NCBI GenBank assembly: GCA_964016885.1
Contig: OZ024741.1
Coordinates: forward strand, 317,068,001 to 317,132,000
DNA length: 64,000 bases
DNA from: Eledone cirrhosa
Taxonomy: Eukaryota
Direction: 5' to 3'
In this document: positions 13,401 to 25,074 of the stretch, one piece after another
Position numbering within the stretch: the first letter of the stretch is position 1
How the letters are laid out: each line of letters starts with the position of its first letter
Program-made: the position numbers and the translations under genes
Notes under the pieces: model-generated
Databases searched by the model: none
What the model saw: only the letters and a program-made list of their open reading frames with translations
Told to the model about the DNA's origin: nothing

Positions 13401-16400
13401 ATTGGTGTTAGTGGTGGTAGTAGGTGGTATTGGTGTTAGTGTTGGTCGTGGTGGTATTGGTGTTAGTGGTGGTAGTAGTGGTATTGGTGTTGGTGGTGGT
13501 AGTAGGTGGTATTGGTGTTAGTGGTGGTAGTAGGTGGTATTGGTGTTAGTGGTGGTAGTGGTGGTATTGGTGTTAGTGTTGGTAGTGGTGGTATTGGTGT
13601 TAGTGGTGGTAGTGGTGGTATTGGTGTTAGTGGTGGTAGTGGTGGTATTGGTGTTAGTGGTGGTAGTGGTGGTATTGGTGTTAGTGGTGGTAGTGGTGGT
13701 ATTGGTGTTAGTGTTGGTAGTGGTGGTATTGGTGTTAGTGGTGAAGTGGTGGTATTGGTGTTAGTGGTGGTAGTGGTGGTATTGGTGTTAGTCGTGGTAG
13801 TGGTGGTATTGGTGTTAGTGTTGGTAGTGGTGGTATTGGTGTTAGTGGTGGTAGTGGTGGTATTGGTGTTAGTGGTGGTAGTGGTGGTATTGGTGTTAGT
13901 GTTGGTAGTGGTGGTATTGGTGTTAGTGGTGGTAGTGGTGGTATTGGTGTTAGTGTGGTAGTGGTGGTATTGGTGTTAGTGGTGGTAGTAGTGGTATTGG
14001 TGTTAGTGTTGGTAGTGGTGGTATTGGTGTTAGTGGTGGTAGTGGTGGTATTGGTGTTAGTGTTGGTAGTGGTGGTATTGGTGTTAGTGGTGGTAGTGGT
14101 GGTATTGGTGTTAGTGTTGGTAGTGGTGGTATTGGTGTTAGTGTTGGTCGTGGTGGTATTGGTGTTAGTGGTGGTAGTAGTGGTATTGGTGTTAGTGTTG
14201 GTAGTGGTGGTATTGGTGTTAGTGGTGGTAGTGGTGGTATTGGTGTTAGTGTTGGTCGTGGTGGTATTGGTGTTAGTGGTGGTAGTAGTGGTATTGGTGT
14301 TAGTGTTGGTCGTGGTGGTATTGGTGTTAGTGGTGGTAGTAGTGGTATTGGTGTTAGTGTTGGTAGTGGTGGTATTGGTGTTAGTGGTGGTAGTGGTGGT
14401 ATTGGTGTTAGTGTTGGTAGTGGTGGTATTGGTGTTAGTGGTGGTAGTGGTGGTATTGGTGTTAGTGGTGGTAGTGGTGGTATTGGTGTTAGTGGTGGTA
14501 TGGTGTGTGTGGTATTGGTGTTAGTGGTGGTAGTGGTGGTATTGGTGTTAGTGGTGGTAGTGGTGTTATTGGTGTTAGTGGTGGTAGTGGTGGTATTGGT
14601 GTTAGTGGTGGTAGTGGTGGTATTGGTGTTAGTGTTGGTAGTGGTGGTATTGGTGTTAGTGTTGGTAGTGGTGGTATTGGTGTTAGTGGTGGTAGTGGTG
14701 GTATTGGTGTTAGTGGTGGTAGTGGTGTTATTGGTGTTAGTGGTGGTAGTGGTGGTATTGGTGTTAGTGTTGGTAGTGGTGGTATTGGTGTTAGTGGTGG
14801 TAGTGGTGGTATTGGTGTTAGTGGTGGTAGTGGTGGTATTGGTGTTAGTGTTGGTCGTGGTGGTATTGGTGTTAGTGGTGGTAGTAGTGGTATTGGTGTT
14901 AGTGTTGGTAGTGGTGGTATTGGTGTTAGTGGTGGTAGTGGTGGTATTGGTGTTAGTGTTGGTCGTGGTGGTATTGGTGTTAGTGGTGGTAGTAGTGGTA
15001 TTGGTGTTAGTGTTGGTCGTGGTGGTATTGGTGTTAGTGGTGGTAGTAGTGGTATTGGTGTTAGTGTTGGTAGTGGTGGTATTGGTGTTAGTGGTGGTAG
15101 TGGTGGTATTGGTGTTAGTGTTGGTAGTGGTGGTATTGGTGTTAGTGGTGGTAGTGGTGGTATTGGTGTTAGTGGTGGTAGTGGTGGTATTGGTGTTAGT
15201 GGTGGTAGTGGTGGTATTGGTGTTAGTGTTGGTAGTGGTGGTATTGGTGTTAGTGGTGGTAGTGGTGGTATTGGTGTTAGTGGTGGTAGGGGTGTTATTG
15301 GTGTTAGTGGTGGTAGTGGTGGTATTGGTGTTAGTGTTGGTAGTGGTGGTATTGGTGTTAGTGTTGGTAGTGGTGGTATTGGTGTTAGTGTTGGTAGTGG
15401 TGGTATTGGTGTTAGTGGTGGTAGGGGTGTTATTGGTGTTAGTGGTGGTAGTGGTGGTATTGGTGTTAGTGGTGGTAGTGGTGGTATTGGTGTTAGTGTT
15501 GGTAGTGGTGGTATTGGTGTTAGTGGTGGTAGTGGTGGTATTGGTGTTACTGGTGGTAGTGGTGGTATTGGTGTTAGTGTTGGTAGTGGTGGTATTGGTG
15601 TTAGTGGTGGTAGTGGTGGTATTGGTGTTAGTGTTGGTAGTGGTGGTATTGGTGTTAGTGGTGGTAGTGGTGGTATTGGTGTTAGTGTTGGTATTGGTGG
15701 TATTAGTGTTAGTGTTGGTAGGGGTGTCAGTGGTGGTAGTTGTGGTATCGGTGTTAGTGGTGTTATTGGTGTTAGTGGTGGTAGTGGTGGTAGTGGTGGT
15801 ATTGGTATTAGTGTTGCTAGTGGTGGTATTGGTGTTAGTATTGGTAGTGGTGGTAGTGGTGTTAGTGTTGGTAGTGGTGGTATTGGTGTTAGTGGTGGTA
15901 TTGGTGTTGCTGGTGGTAGTGGTGGTATTGGTTTTAGCGGTGGTAATGGTGGTATTGGTGTTAGTGGTGGTAGTGGTGGTATTGGTGTTAGTGTTGGTAG
16001 TGGTGGTAGTGGTGTTAGTGTTGGTAGTGGTGGTTTGGTGTTAGTGGTGGTTGTTTTGTTAGTGGTGGTAGTAGTGTTAGTGTTCGTAGTGGTGGTAGTG
16101 GTGTTAGTGTTGGTAGTGGTGGTATTGGTGTTAGTGTTAGTAGTTGTGTTAGTGGTGGTAGTGGTAGTATTGGTGTTAGTGTTGGTAGTGGTGGTATTGG
16201 TGGTAGTGGTGGTAGTGGTGGTATTGGTGTTAGTGGTGGTAGTGGTGGTATTGGACTTTGTGTTGGTAGTGGTGGTATTAGTGGTATTGGTGTTAGTGTT
16301 CGTAGTGGTGGTATCGGTGTTAGTGTTGGTAGTGTTGGTATTAGTGGTAGTGGTGGAAGTGGTGGTATTGGTGTTAGTGGTGGTAGTGGTGGTATTGGAC

Positions 16401-19400
16401 TTTGTGTTGGTAGTGGTGGTATTGGTGTTAGTGTTGGTAGTGGTGGTATTGGTGTTAGTGGTGGTAGTGGTGGTAGTGGTGGTATTGTTGTTAGTGTTGC
16501 TAGTGGTGGTATTGGTGTTAGTGGTGGTAGTGGTGGTATTGGTGTTATTGTTGGTAGTGGTGGTATTGGTGTTAGTGTTGGTAGTGGTGGTATTGGTGTT
16601 AGTGGTGGTAATGGTGGTATTGGTGTTAGTGTTGGTAGTGGTGGTATTGGTGTTAGTGTTGGTAGTGGTGGTATTGGTGTTAGTGTTGGTAGTGGTGGTA
16701 TTGGTGTTAGTGTTGGTAGTGGTGGTATTGGTGTTAGTGTTGGTAGTGGTGGTATTGGTGTTAGTGTTGGTAGTGGTGGTATTGGTGTTAGTGGTGGTAG
16801 AGGTGGTATTGGTGTTAGTGTTGGTAGTGGTGGTATTGGTGTTAGTGGTGGTAGTGGTGGTATTGGTGTTAGTGTTGGTAGTGGTGGTATTGGTGTTAGT
16901 GTTGGTAGTGGTGGTATTGGTGTTAGTGTTGGTAGTGGTGGTATTGGTGTTAGTGGTGGTAGAGGTGGTATTGGTGTTAGTGTTGGTAGTGGTGGTATTG
17001 GTGTTAGTGGTGGTAGTGGTGGTATTGGTGTTAGTGTTGGTAGTGGTGGTATTGGTGTTAGTGTTGGTAGTGGTGGTATTGGTGTTAGTGTTGGTAGTGG
17101 TGGTATTGGTGTTAGTGTTGGTAGTGGTGGTATTGGTGTTAGTGTTGGTAGTGGTGGTATTGGTGTTAGTGTTGGTAGTGGTGGTATTGGTGTTAGTGTT
17201 GGTAGTGGTGGTATTGGTGTTAGTGTTGGTAGTGGTGGTATTGGTGTTAGTGGTGGTAGTGGTGGTATTGGTGTTAGTGTTGGTAGTGGTGGTATTGGTG
17301 TTAGTGGTGGTAGTGGTGGTATTGGTGTTAGTGTTGGTAGTGGTGGTATTGGTGTTAGTGTTGATAGTGGTGGTATTGGTGTTAGTGTTGGTAGTGGTGG
17401 TATTGGTGTTAGTGTTGGTAGTGGTGGTATTGGTGTTAGTGGTGGTAGTGGTGGTATTGGTGTTAGTGTTGGTAGTGGTGGTATTGGTGTTAGTGGTGGT
17501 ATGGTGGTATTGGTGTTAGTGTTGGTAGTGGTGGTATTGGTGTTAGTGGTGGTAGTGGTGGTATTGGTGTTAGTGTTGGTAGTGGTGGTATTGGTGTTAG
17601 TGTTGGTAGTGGTGGTATTGGTGTTGGGTGGTTGGTGGTTGGTGTTAGTGTTGGTAGTGGTGGTATTGGTGTTAGTGGTGGTAGTGGTGGTATTGGTGTT
17701 AGTGTTGGTAGTGGTGGTTTGGTGTTAGTGTTGGTAGTGGTGGTATTGGTGTTGTGTGGTAGGGTGGTATTGGTGTTGTGGTGGTAGTGGTGGTATTGGT
17801 GTTAGTGGTGGTAGTGGTGGTATTGGGTGTTAGTGGTGGTAGTGGTGGTATTGGTGTTGTGGTGGTTGGTGGTTGTGGGTGTGTTGGTAGTGGTGGTATT
17901 GGTGTTGTGGTGGTGGTGGGTGGTGTGTGTTGGTGTGGTGGTTTGGTGTGTGTGGTGGTTGGTGGTTTGGTGTTAGTGTTGGGGTAGTGGTGGTTGGTGG
18001 TGTGGTGGGGTGGTGGTGTGGTGGTTTGGTGGTGTGTGGTAGTGGTGTATTGGTGTTAGTGGTGGTAGTGGTGGTGGTTTGTGTTGGGTGGTGGTAGTGG
18101 TGGTTGGGTGGTGTGGTAGTGGTTGGTAGTGGTGGTATTGGTGTAGTGGTGGTAGTGGTGGTATTGGTGTTAGTGTTGGTAGTGGTGGTATTGGTGTTAG
18201 TGTTGGTAGTGGTGGTATTGGTGTTAGTGGTGGTAGTGGTGGTATTGGTGTTAGTGGTGGTAGTGGTGGTATTGGTGTTAGTGGTGGTAGTGGTGGTATT
18301 GGTGTTAGTGTTGGTAGTGGTGGTATTGGTGTTAGTGGTGGTAGTGGTGGTATTGGTGTTAGTGTTGGTAGTGGTGGTATTGGTGTTAGTGGTGGTAGTG
18401 GTGGTATTGGTGTTAGTGGTGGTAGTAGTGGTATTGGTGTTAGTGTTGGTAGTGGTCGTATTGGTGTTAGTGGTGGTAGTGGTGGTATTGGTGTTAGTGG
18501 TGGTAGTGGTGGTATTGGTGTTAGTGGTGGTATTGGTGTTAGTGTTGGTAGTGGTGGTAGAGGTGGTATTGGTGTTAGTGGTGGTAGTAGTGGTATTGGT
18601 GGTAGTGTTGGTATTGGTGGTATTGGTGCTAGTGGTGGTAGTGTTGGTATTGGTGGTATTGGTGCTAGTGGTGGTAGTGTTGGTATTGGTGGTATTGGTG
18701 CTAGTGGTGGTAGTGTTGGTATTGGTGTCAGTGGTGGTAGTGGTGGTATTGGTGTTAGTGGTGGTAGTAGTGGTATTGGTGGTAGTGTTGGTATTGGTGG
18801 TATTGGTGCTAGTGGTGGTAGTGTTGGTATTGGTGTCAGTGGTGGTAGTGGTGGTAGTGGTGGTATTGGTGTTAGTTGTGGTAGTGGTGGTAGTGGTGTT
18901 AGTGTTGGTAGTGGTGGTATTGGTGTTAGTGGTGTTATTGGTGTTAGTTGTGGTAGTGGTGGTAGTGGTGGTATTTGTGTTAGTGTTGCTAGTGGTGGTA
19001 TTGGTGTTAGTATTGGTAGTGGTGGTAGTGGTGTTAGTGTTGTTAGTGGTGGTATTGGTGTTAGTGGTGGTATTGGTGTTACTGGTGGTCGTGGTGGTAT
19101 TGGTTTTAGCGGTGGTAATGGTGGTATTGGTGTTAGTGTTGGTAGTGGTGGTATTGGTGTTAGTGGTGGTAGTGGTGGTATTGGTGTTAGTGGTGGTAGT
19201 GGTGGTATTGGTGTTAGTGGTGGTAGTGGTGGTATTGGTGTTAGTGTTGGTAGTGGTGGTATTGGTGTTAGTGGTGGTAATGGTGGTATTGGTGTTAGTG
19301 TTGGTAGTGGTGGTATTGGTGTTAGTGGTGGTAGTGGTGGTATTGGTGTTAGTGTTGGTGTTAGTGTTGGTAGTGGTGGTATTGGTGTTAGTGGTGGTAG

Positions 19401-21050
19401 TGGTGGTATTGGTGTTAGTGTTGGTAGTGGTGCTATTGGTGTTAGTGGTGGTAGTGGTGGTATTGGTGTTAGTGTTGGTAGTGGTGGTATTGGTGTTAGT
19501 GGTGGTAGTGGTAGTATTGGTGTTAGTGTTTGTAGTGGTGGTATTGGTGCTAGTGGTGGTAGTGGTGGTATTGGTGTTAGTGTTGGTAGTGGTGGTATTG
19601 GTGTTAGTGTTGGTAGTGGTGCTATTGGTGTTAGTGGTGGTAGTGGTGGTATTGGTGTTAGTGGTGGTAGTGGTGGTATTGGTGTTAGTGGTGGTAGTGG
19701 TGGTATTGGTGTTAGTGTTGGTAGTGGTGGTATTGGTGTTAGTGGTGGTAGTGGTGGTATTGGTGTTAGTGTTGGTAGTGGTGGTATTGGTGTTAGTGGT
19801 GGTAGTGGTGGTATTGGTGTTAGTGGTGGTAGTAGTGGTATTGGTGTTAGTGTTGGTAGTGGTCGTATTGGTGTTAGTGGTGGTAGTGGTGGTATTGGTG
19901 TTAGTGGTGGTAGTGGTGGTATTGGTGTTAGTGGTGGTATTGGTGTTAGTGTTGGTAGTGGTGGTAGAGGTGGTATTGGTGTTAGTGGTGGTAGTAGTGG
20001 TATTGGTGGTAGTGTTGGTATTGGTGGTATTGGTGCTAGTGGTGGTAGTGTTGGTATTGGTGGTATTGGTGCTAGTGGTGGTAGTGTTGGTATTGGTGGT
20101 ATTGGTGCTAGTGGTGGTAGTGTTGGTATTGGTGTCAGTGGTGGTAGTGGTGGTATTGGTGTTAGTGGTGGTAGTAGTGGTATTGGTGGTAGTGTTGGTA
20201 TTGGTGGTATTGGTGTTAGTGGTGGTAGTGTTGGTATTGGTGTCAGTGGTGGTAGTGGTGGTAGTGGTGGTATTGGTGTTAGTTGTGGTAGTGGTGGTAG
20301 TGGTGTTAGTGTTGGTAGTGGTGGTATTGGTGTTAGTGGTGTTATTGGTGTTAGTTGTGGTAGTGGTGGTAGTGGTGGTATTTGTGTTAGTGTTGCTAGT
20401 GGTGGTATTGGTGTTAGTATTGGTAGTGGTGGTAGTGGTGTTAGTGTTGTTAGTGGTGGTATTGGTGTTAGTGGTGGTATTGGTGTTACTGGTGGTCGTG
20501 GTGGTATTGGTGTTAGTGGTGGTAGTGGTGGTATTGGTGTTAGTGTTGGTAGTGGTCGTAGTGGTGTTAGTGTTGGTAGTGGTGGTATTGGTGTTAGTGG
20601 TGGTAGTGGTGTTAGTGGTGGTAGTGGTGTTAGTGTTCGTAGTGGTGGTATTGGTGTTAGTGTTAGTAGTTGTGTTAGTGGTCGTAGTGGTGGTATTGGT
20701 GTTAGTGGTGGTAGTGGTGGTATTGGTGTTAGTGTTGGTAGTGTTGGTAGTGGTGTTAGTGTTGGTAGTGGTGGTATTGGTGGTAGTGGTGGTAGTGGTG
20801 GTATTGGTGTTAGTGTTGGTAGTGGTGGTAGTGGTGGTATTAGTGGTATTGGTGTTAGTGGTGGTAGTGTTGGTATTGGTGGTAGTGGTGGTAGTGGTGG
20901 TATTGGTGGTAGTGGTGTTAGTGGTGGTAGTGGTGTTAGTGGTGGTAATGGTGGTAGTGGTGTTAGTGGTGGTATTGTTGTTAGTGGAGGTAGTGGTGGT
21001 ATTGGTGTTAGTGGTGGTAATGGTGGTTGTCGTGTTAGTGTTGGTAGTGA
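4481..21050. repeat. ~16.6-kb minisatellite, 27-bp unit GGTAGTGGTGGTATTGGTGTTAGTG(G/T)T
   Basis: Unit read directly; built of NNT triplets, almost no C on the + strand. Internal duplications are marked by rare variants. Decays into GGT/GTT/GAT low complexity by ~21500. Confidence 0.97.
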
Positions 21051-21608
21051 TAATGAGGGATTAGTGACGTTATTTTCTCAATTATTATTGATTTTTCGTG
21101 CTCTATCATTAAATAGTTTTGTTTTCCCTTCATCTTGTTTTTGTTGTTGATGTTGTCGTTGTTGATGTGGTTGTTATTGTCGGTGGCGTTGTAGCGGCTG
21201 TCATTAGTGGTGGTGATTGTGGTGATGATGATGATGGTGGTAGTGCTTGTGATGCGGTTGTTGTTGTTTTTTTTTGTCGTTGTTGTTGTTGGTGGTGGTG
21301 GTGGTGGTGGTGGTAATGGTGATGATGGTGGTAATGGTTGTGATGCAGTTGTTCTTGTTCTTGTTCTTGGTGGTGTTGGCGATGATGATGTGGTAGTGGT
21401 GGTGATGCGGTTTCTGTCGCTGGTGGTGGTGTTGGTTGGGTTCAGGGTTTTATTGTAGGAATTGCTGACGTCGAGGTTTTCGTTGTTATTGATGTTGGTG
21501 TTTTGTAGTTGCTTATTTTGCTCGATGGAAGAAGAGAAACAAATATTTTAACATTTATTGGATAGGCCTGTTACACGCGTAAATATATATGTATGTATAT
21601 ATATATAC

Positions 21609-21651
<43 letters not shown>

Positions 21652-22034
21652 AGAGAGAAGGGGGAGAGAGAGGGGGAAGAAAAAGAGAATATCAGGCCAC
21701 GGAGAGGGCCCGATATATAATAGCTTATAAAATATTGTGAACACCCTTTAAAGACGGAAAAAGAAGTTGCCATCTACCGCTAATTCACGACAGTAAAAAT
21801 TGCCACGCTCCCTTGGTTTAATGGTCTAAAGCTAGTAAAAATATGGGTTTCGATTAAAATTATGCTGCAATGTGGTTTCTTGTTTGAAGATATCTTTCCC
21901 CTTACCACTTACCACCAGTCACGAATACCATCGAAGAGAATGACCATTTCTCCTTAGTAAAGCGATAACTAAACACTGTTAGTTGCATATATTTCACTGT
22001 TTACATTGTACATAACCTACAATATATATATATA

Positions 22035-22134
<100 letters not shown>

Positions 22135-22327
22135 ATACTTGGGGAGGGTCATATTTGTGTAATATTGCCAGAATTAATAACAGAACACACTCATTGTTTC
22201 GTTGGTTTTCGTTTTCGCTTCTGTGCCTTTTATATCGGTTAATTTAATTTATTCGGTCCTCAATGTTGCCATTGACTGACCAACGGTCAAAAATAATACA
22301 GATACAATATAGACACAAACACATATA

Positions 22328-22384
22328 TATAGTTTATCAAAGTTCTTTCGTTGCACATCTGCAACATCGTCAGTGGTGCTATAG
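22328..22384 (-). ncRNA. Minimal type I hammerhead-like motif in the inverted pLTR
   Basis: Reverse complement of 24175-24231. Confidence 0.6.
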
Positions 22385-22574
22385 ATTCCTCCCGTTGCAT
22401 TGTATTTCTACGCCATCTTTATTTAGTCTGTTTATATATTTATTTATTTATTTGTTTGTTTGTTTATTTTATTTTGTCTTCTTTGCGCATGCGTTTGCGT
22501 GTGTGTATAGTATTTTGTTTGATGTGTGTTCGTGATTGGGTGACTGTGTATTGGTTAATGTGTTCTATGTTTAC

Positions 22575-24099
22575 TAGTTACAGCCATGACCTTAGACGTT
22601 TCTGCCCCAGTAGACCAATAAGAGGTAGACCCCCCACCATAACCTCAATGGCAAAAAAAGACTCCCATGGGAAGGTGGATTGGGTGGACCAAAGCTATAC
22701 GGAACCCCCAAAACAATGATCAGGTAAGAAAAATGGTCGCACATGCAATAGGGGCTAGTATCAAAACTACCCTAAAGGGCCACATATTCAAGTACAACGA
22801 GAAGATCTACACCCAAAATGAGGGAGCAGCCATTGGCGTCAGCATAGCTGATGATGTTGCCAACCTTTTTATGGTATGGTGGGAAAGGAGACTTAAAGAT
22901 CTCCTTAATGAGAGCTCCATAGACCTCATTATGTACTCTCGTTACGTAGATGATATCAATATAGTTATAAGAACATCCCCACTAGAGAGCACTAACAAGT
23001 TTGATTTAGAACGTAGCACAATGGAAAGCATCCAGCAGATAGCTAATTCCATACACCAGAGTATAACTGTAACTATCGACTACCCTTCCAAACACCCTAA
23101 CAATAGACTACCTGCATTAGACACGGAACTCTGGATTAACACTAAAGACGAGAGAGCCCAAATTCTCTACTCACACTATGCTAAACCCATGGCCTCCAAA
23201 TACCTGATACTCAAAAACTCAGCAATGTCCAGTAGTGCTAAGTTTAATATTCTGGTCGCAGATTTGGTACGAGTGATGAAGAATGTGTCCCGCATGTGTG
23301 ACCCAACAGAAGTGGAAAGACACATCCAACACTTCATCAACCGCATGCAGTTCTCTGGGTACAACCAAAGAGACAAAGTCAGAGTATACGAAGGAGCCAT
23401 GGAGAAGTATAAGACCCTCATAGAACTGGACATGAAAGGAATTTGCCCATTATACAGGAGCAAATCCTGGAATAGCTTAGATAGGGCTAGACATAAGATA
23501 AGGAAAGCCACCCCATGGTACGACAACCAGAGATACCAGAGTGTCATGTTTGTGGATGCTACCCCTGGAAGGAAATTAGCTAACCAGTGTAGAAAGGCCC
23601 TGAGAAAGACCCACTTAAAGATTAAGGTGGTAGAAAAGCGAGGAACCACCATAAAATCCCTGATAAGCAAAACCTACCCTTTTAAGAAAACCCACTGTAC
23701 TAATAGGAAGTGTATTATATGTAAGGCAAACCCCCGGATAAACTGTAAAACTAGAAACGTAGTCTATTACATAAGATGTACAGAGGGTACTTGCAGAAAC
23801 ATGACAACAACATACATAGGCGAAACAGCTCGTAGCATAGGTGAAAGGATAGACCAACACTGGGGGAACTAAAAGGACGAAAAAACGGTTCAGTACTATA
23901 CGAACATGCCAGACAACAACACGACGGTAACATAGACAACATAGAAATTCGAATAATATCTAAACATAGAAATGACCCAGCAGATAGGCAAATCAGAGAG
24001 GCCAGTGAAATAGAACTTAGAAGGCCAAGACTAAACAGAAAGAATGAATGGAATAACAACAACACCCAAACAAACAACACTGACCTAAGAGAAGTATAA
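22575..24099 (+). pseudogene. Penelope-like RT + Cys-rich linker + GIY-YIG endonuclease, two frameshifts
   Basis: CPSRPIRGRPPTIT; frameshift; QNEGAAIGVSIADDVANLFM, YSRYVDDI, LPALD, YAKPMAS, RMQFSGY, CTNRKCIIC, NVVYYIRC..YIGETARSIGERIDQH; frameshift in the G-run at ~23865; SVLYEH..RQIREASEI..LNRKNEW, TAA at 24097-24099. Confidence 0.92.
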
Positions 24100-24174
24100 A
24101 TAAATAGATAAATAAATAAATATATAAACAGACTAAATAAAGATGGCGTAGAAATACAATGCAACGGGAGGAAT

Positions 24175-24231
24175 CTATAGCACCACTGACGATGTTGCAG
24201 ATGTGCAACGAAAGAACTTTGATAAACTATA
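24175..24231 (+). ncRNA. Minimal type I hammerhead-like motif in the 3' pLTR
   Basis: CTGACGA-T-GTTGCA-GATG-TGCAAC-GAAA-GAAC-TT; stem I is interrupted (TATAG..CA / TG..CTATA). Penelope pLTRs are known to carry such motifs. Confidence 0.65.
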
Positions 24232-24606
24232 TATATGTGTTTGTGTCTATATTGTATCTGTATGATTTTTGACCGTTGGTCAGTCAATGGCAACATTGAG
24301 GACCGCATAAATTTGATTACCGATATAAAAGACACAGAAGCTAAAAGCGAAAACCAACCAAACAGTGAGTGTGTTCTGTTATTAATTCTGGCAATATTAC
24401 ACAAATATGACCCTCCCCAAGTATAACAATATTTGTTTCGACACACGATTTCATATAAAAAACCTCGCAAAACTAATTCATCGCCGTTATATATATATAC
24501 ATATATATATATATACGTTATTCCGGGTTGAATCGGAGGTAACCACAGTTAGTAAGGTACTCAATACATAGCAGAGTATAAAAGATTTAATATAGATGAG
24601 ATTCTA

Positions 24607-24654
<48 letters not shown>

Positions 24655-24803
24655 TATATTTATATATTGAATATGTTCACATAATCAAAATATATGTTTT
24701 ATTATATATATTTCGGAGGTAGTGTGCTGTTTTTTCAGTACACACTCATCAGATAAAATATATGATGCATGACATACCTCAACTGTCTTGATGGTTCAAT
24801 TCC

Positions 24804-24845
<42 letters not shown>

Positions 24846-25074
24846 ATTTCTATTTATTTGCCACGAGGGCACAAAAGAAGGGGACATTTACACAGTGGGG
24901 GAGTTTACATAAATCGAGTAAAGAAAAAAGGAATAACAATAATAATATAACAATAAAAAGTCCTCAAAAGGGAGGGGGCGTGTTGGGGATTGCACATACC
25001 CCCGAAAAGTGTGCAACTCTTTTCGCGGGGGAAGCCCAGAGAGGAGGCTCCCCCTTTCCTCTTCACTTCTTCAC

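Noticed and set aside
4481-21050. Telomeric array
   Set aside because: No tandem TTAGGG or TTAGG; internal position with a degenerate flank.
4255-21064. Long Val/Leu- or Gly/Ser-rich ORFs (up to ~1000 aa)
   Set aside because: Translations of the 27-bp repeat. NNT triplets cannot form stops in these frames, so openness is uninformative.
23176-24470. Minus-strand ORFs of 164 and 239 aa
   Set aside because: Antisense shadows of the Penelope ORF and pLTR.
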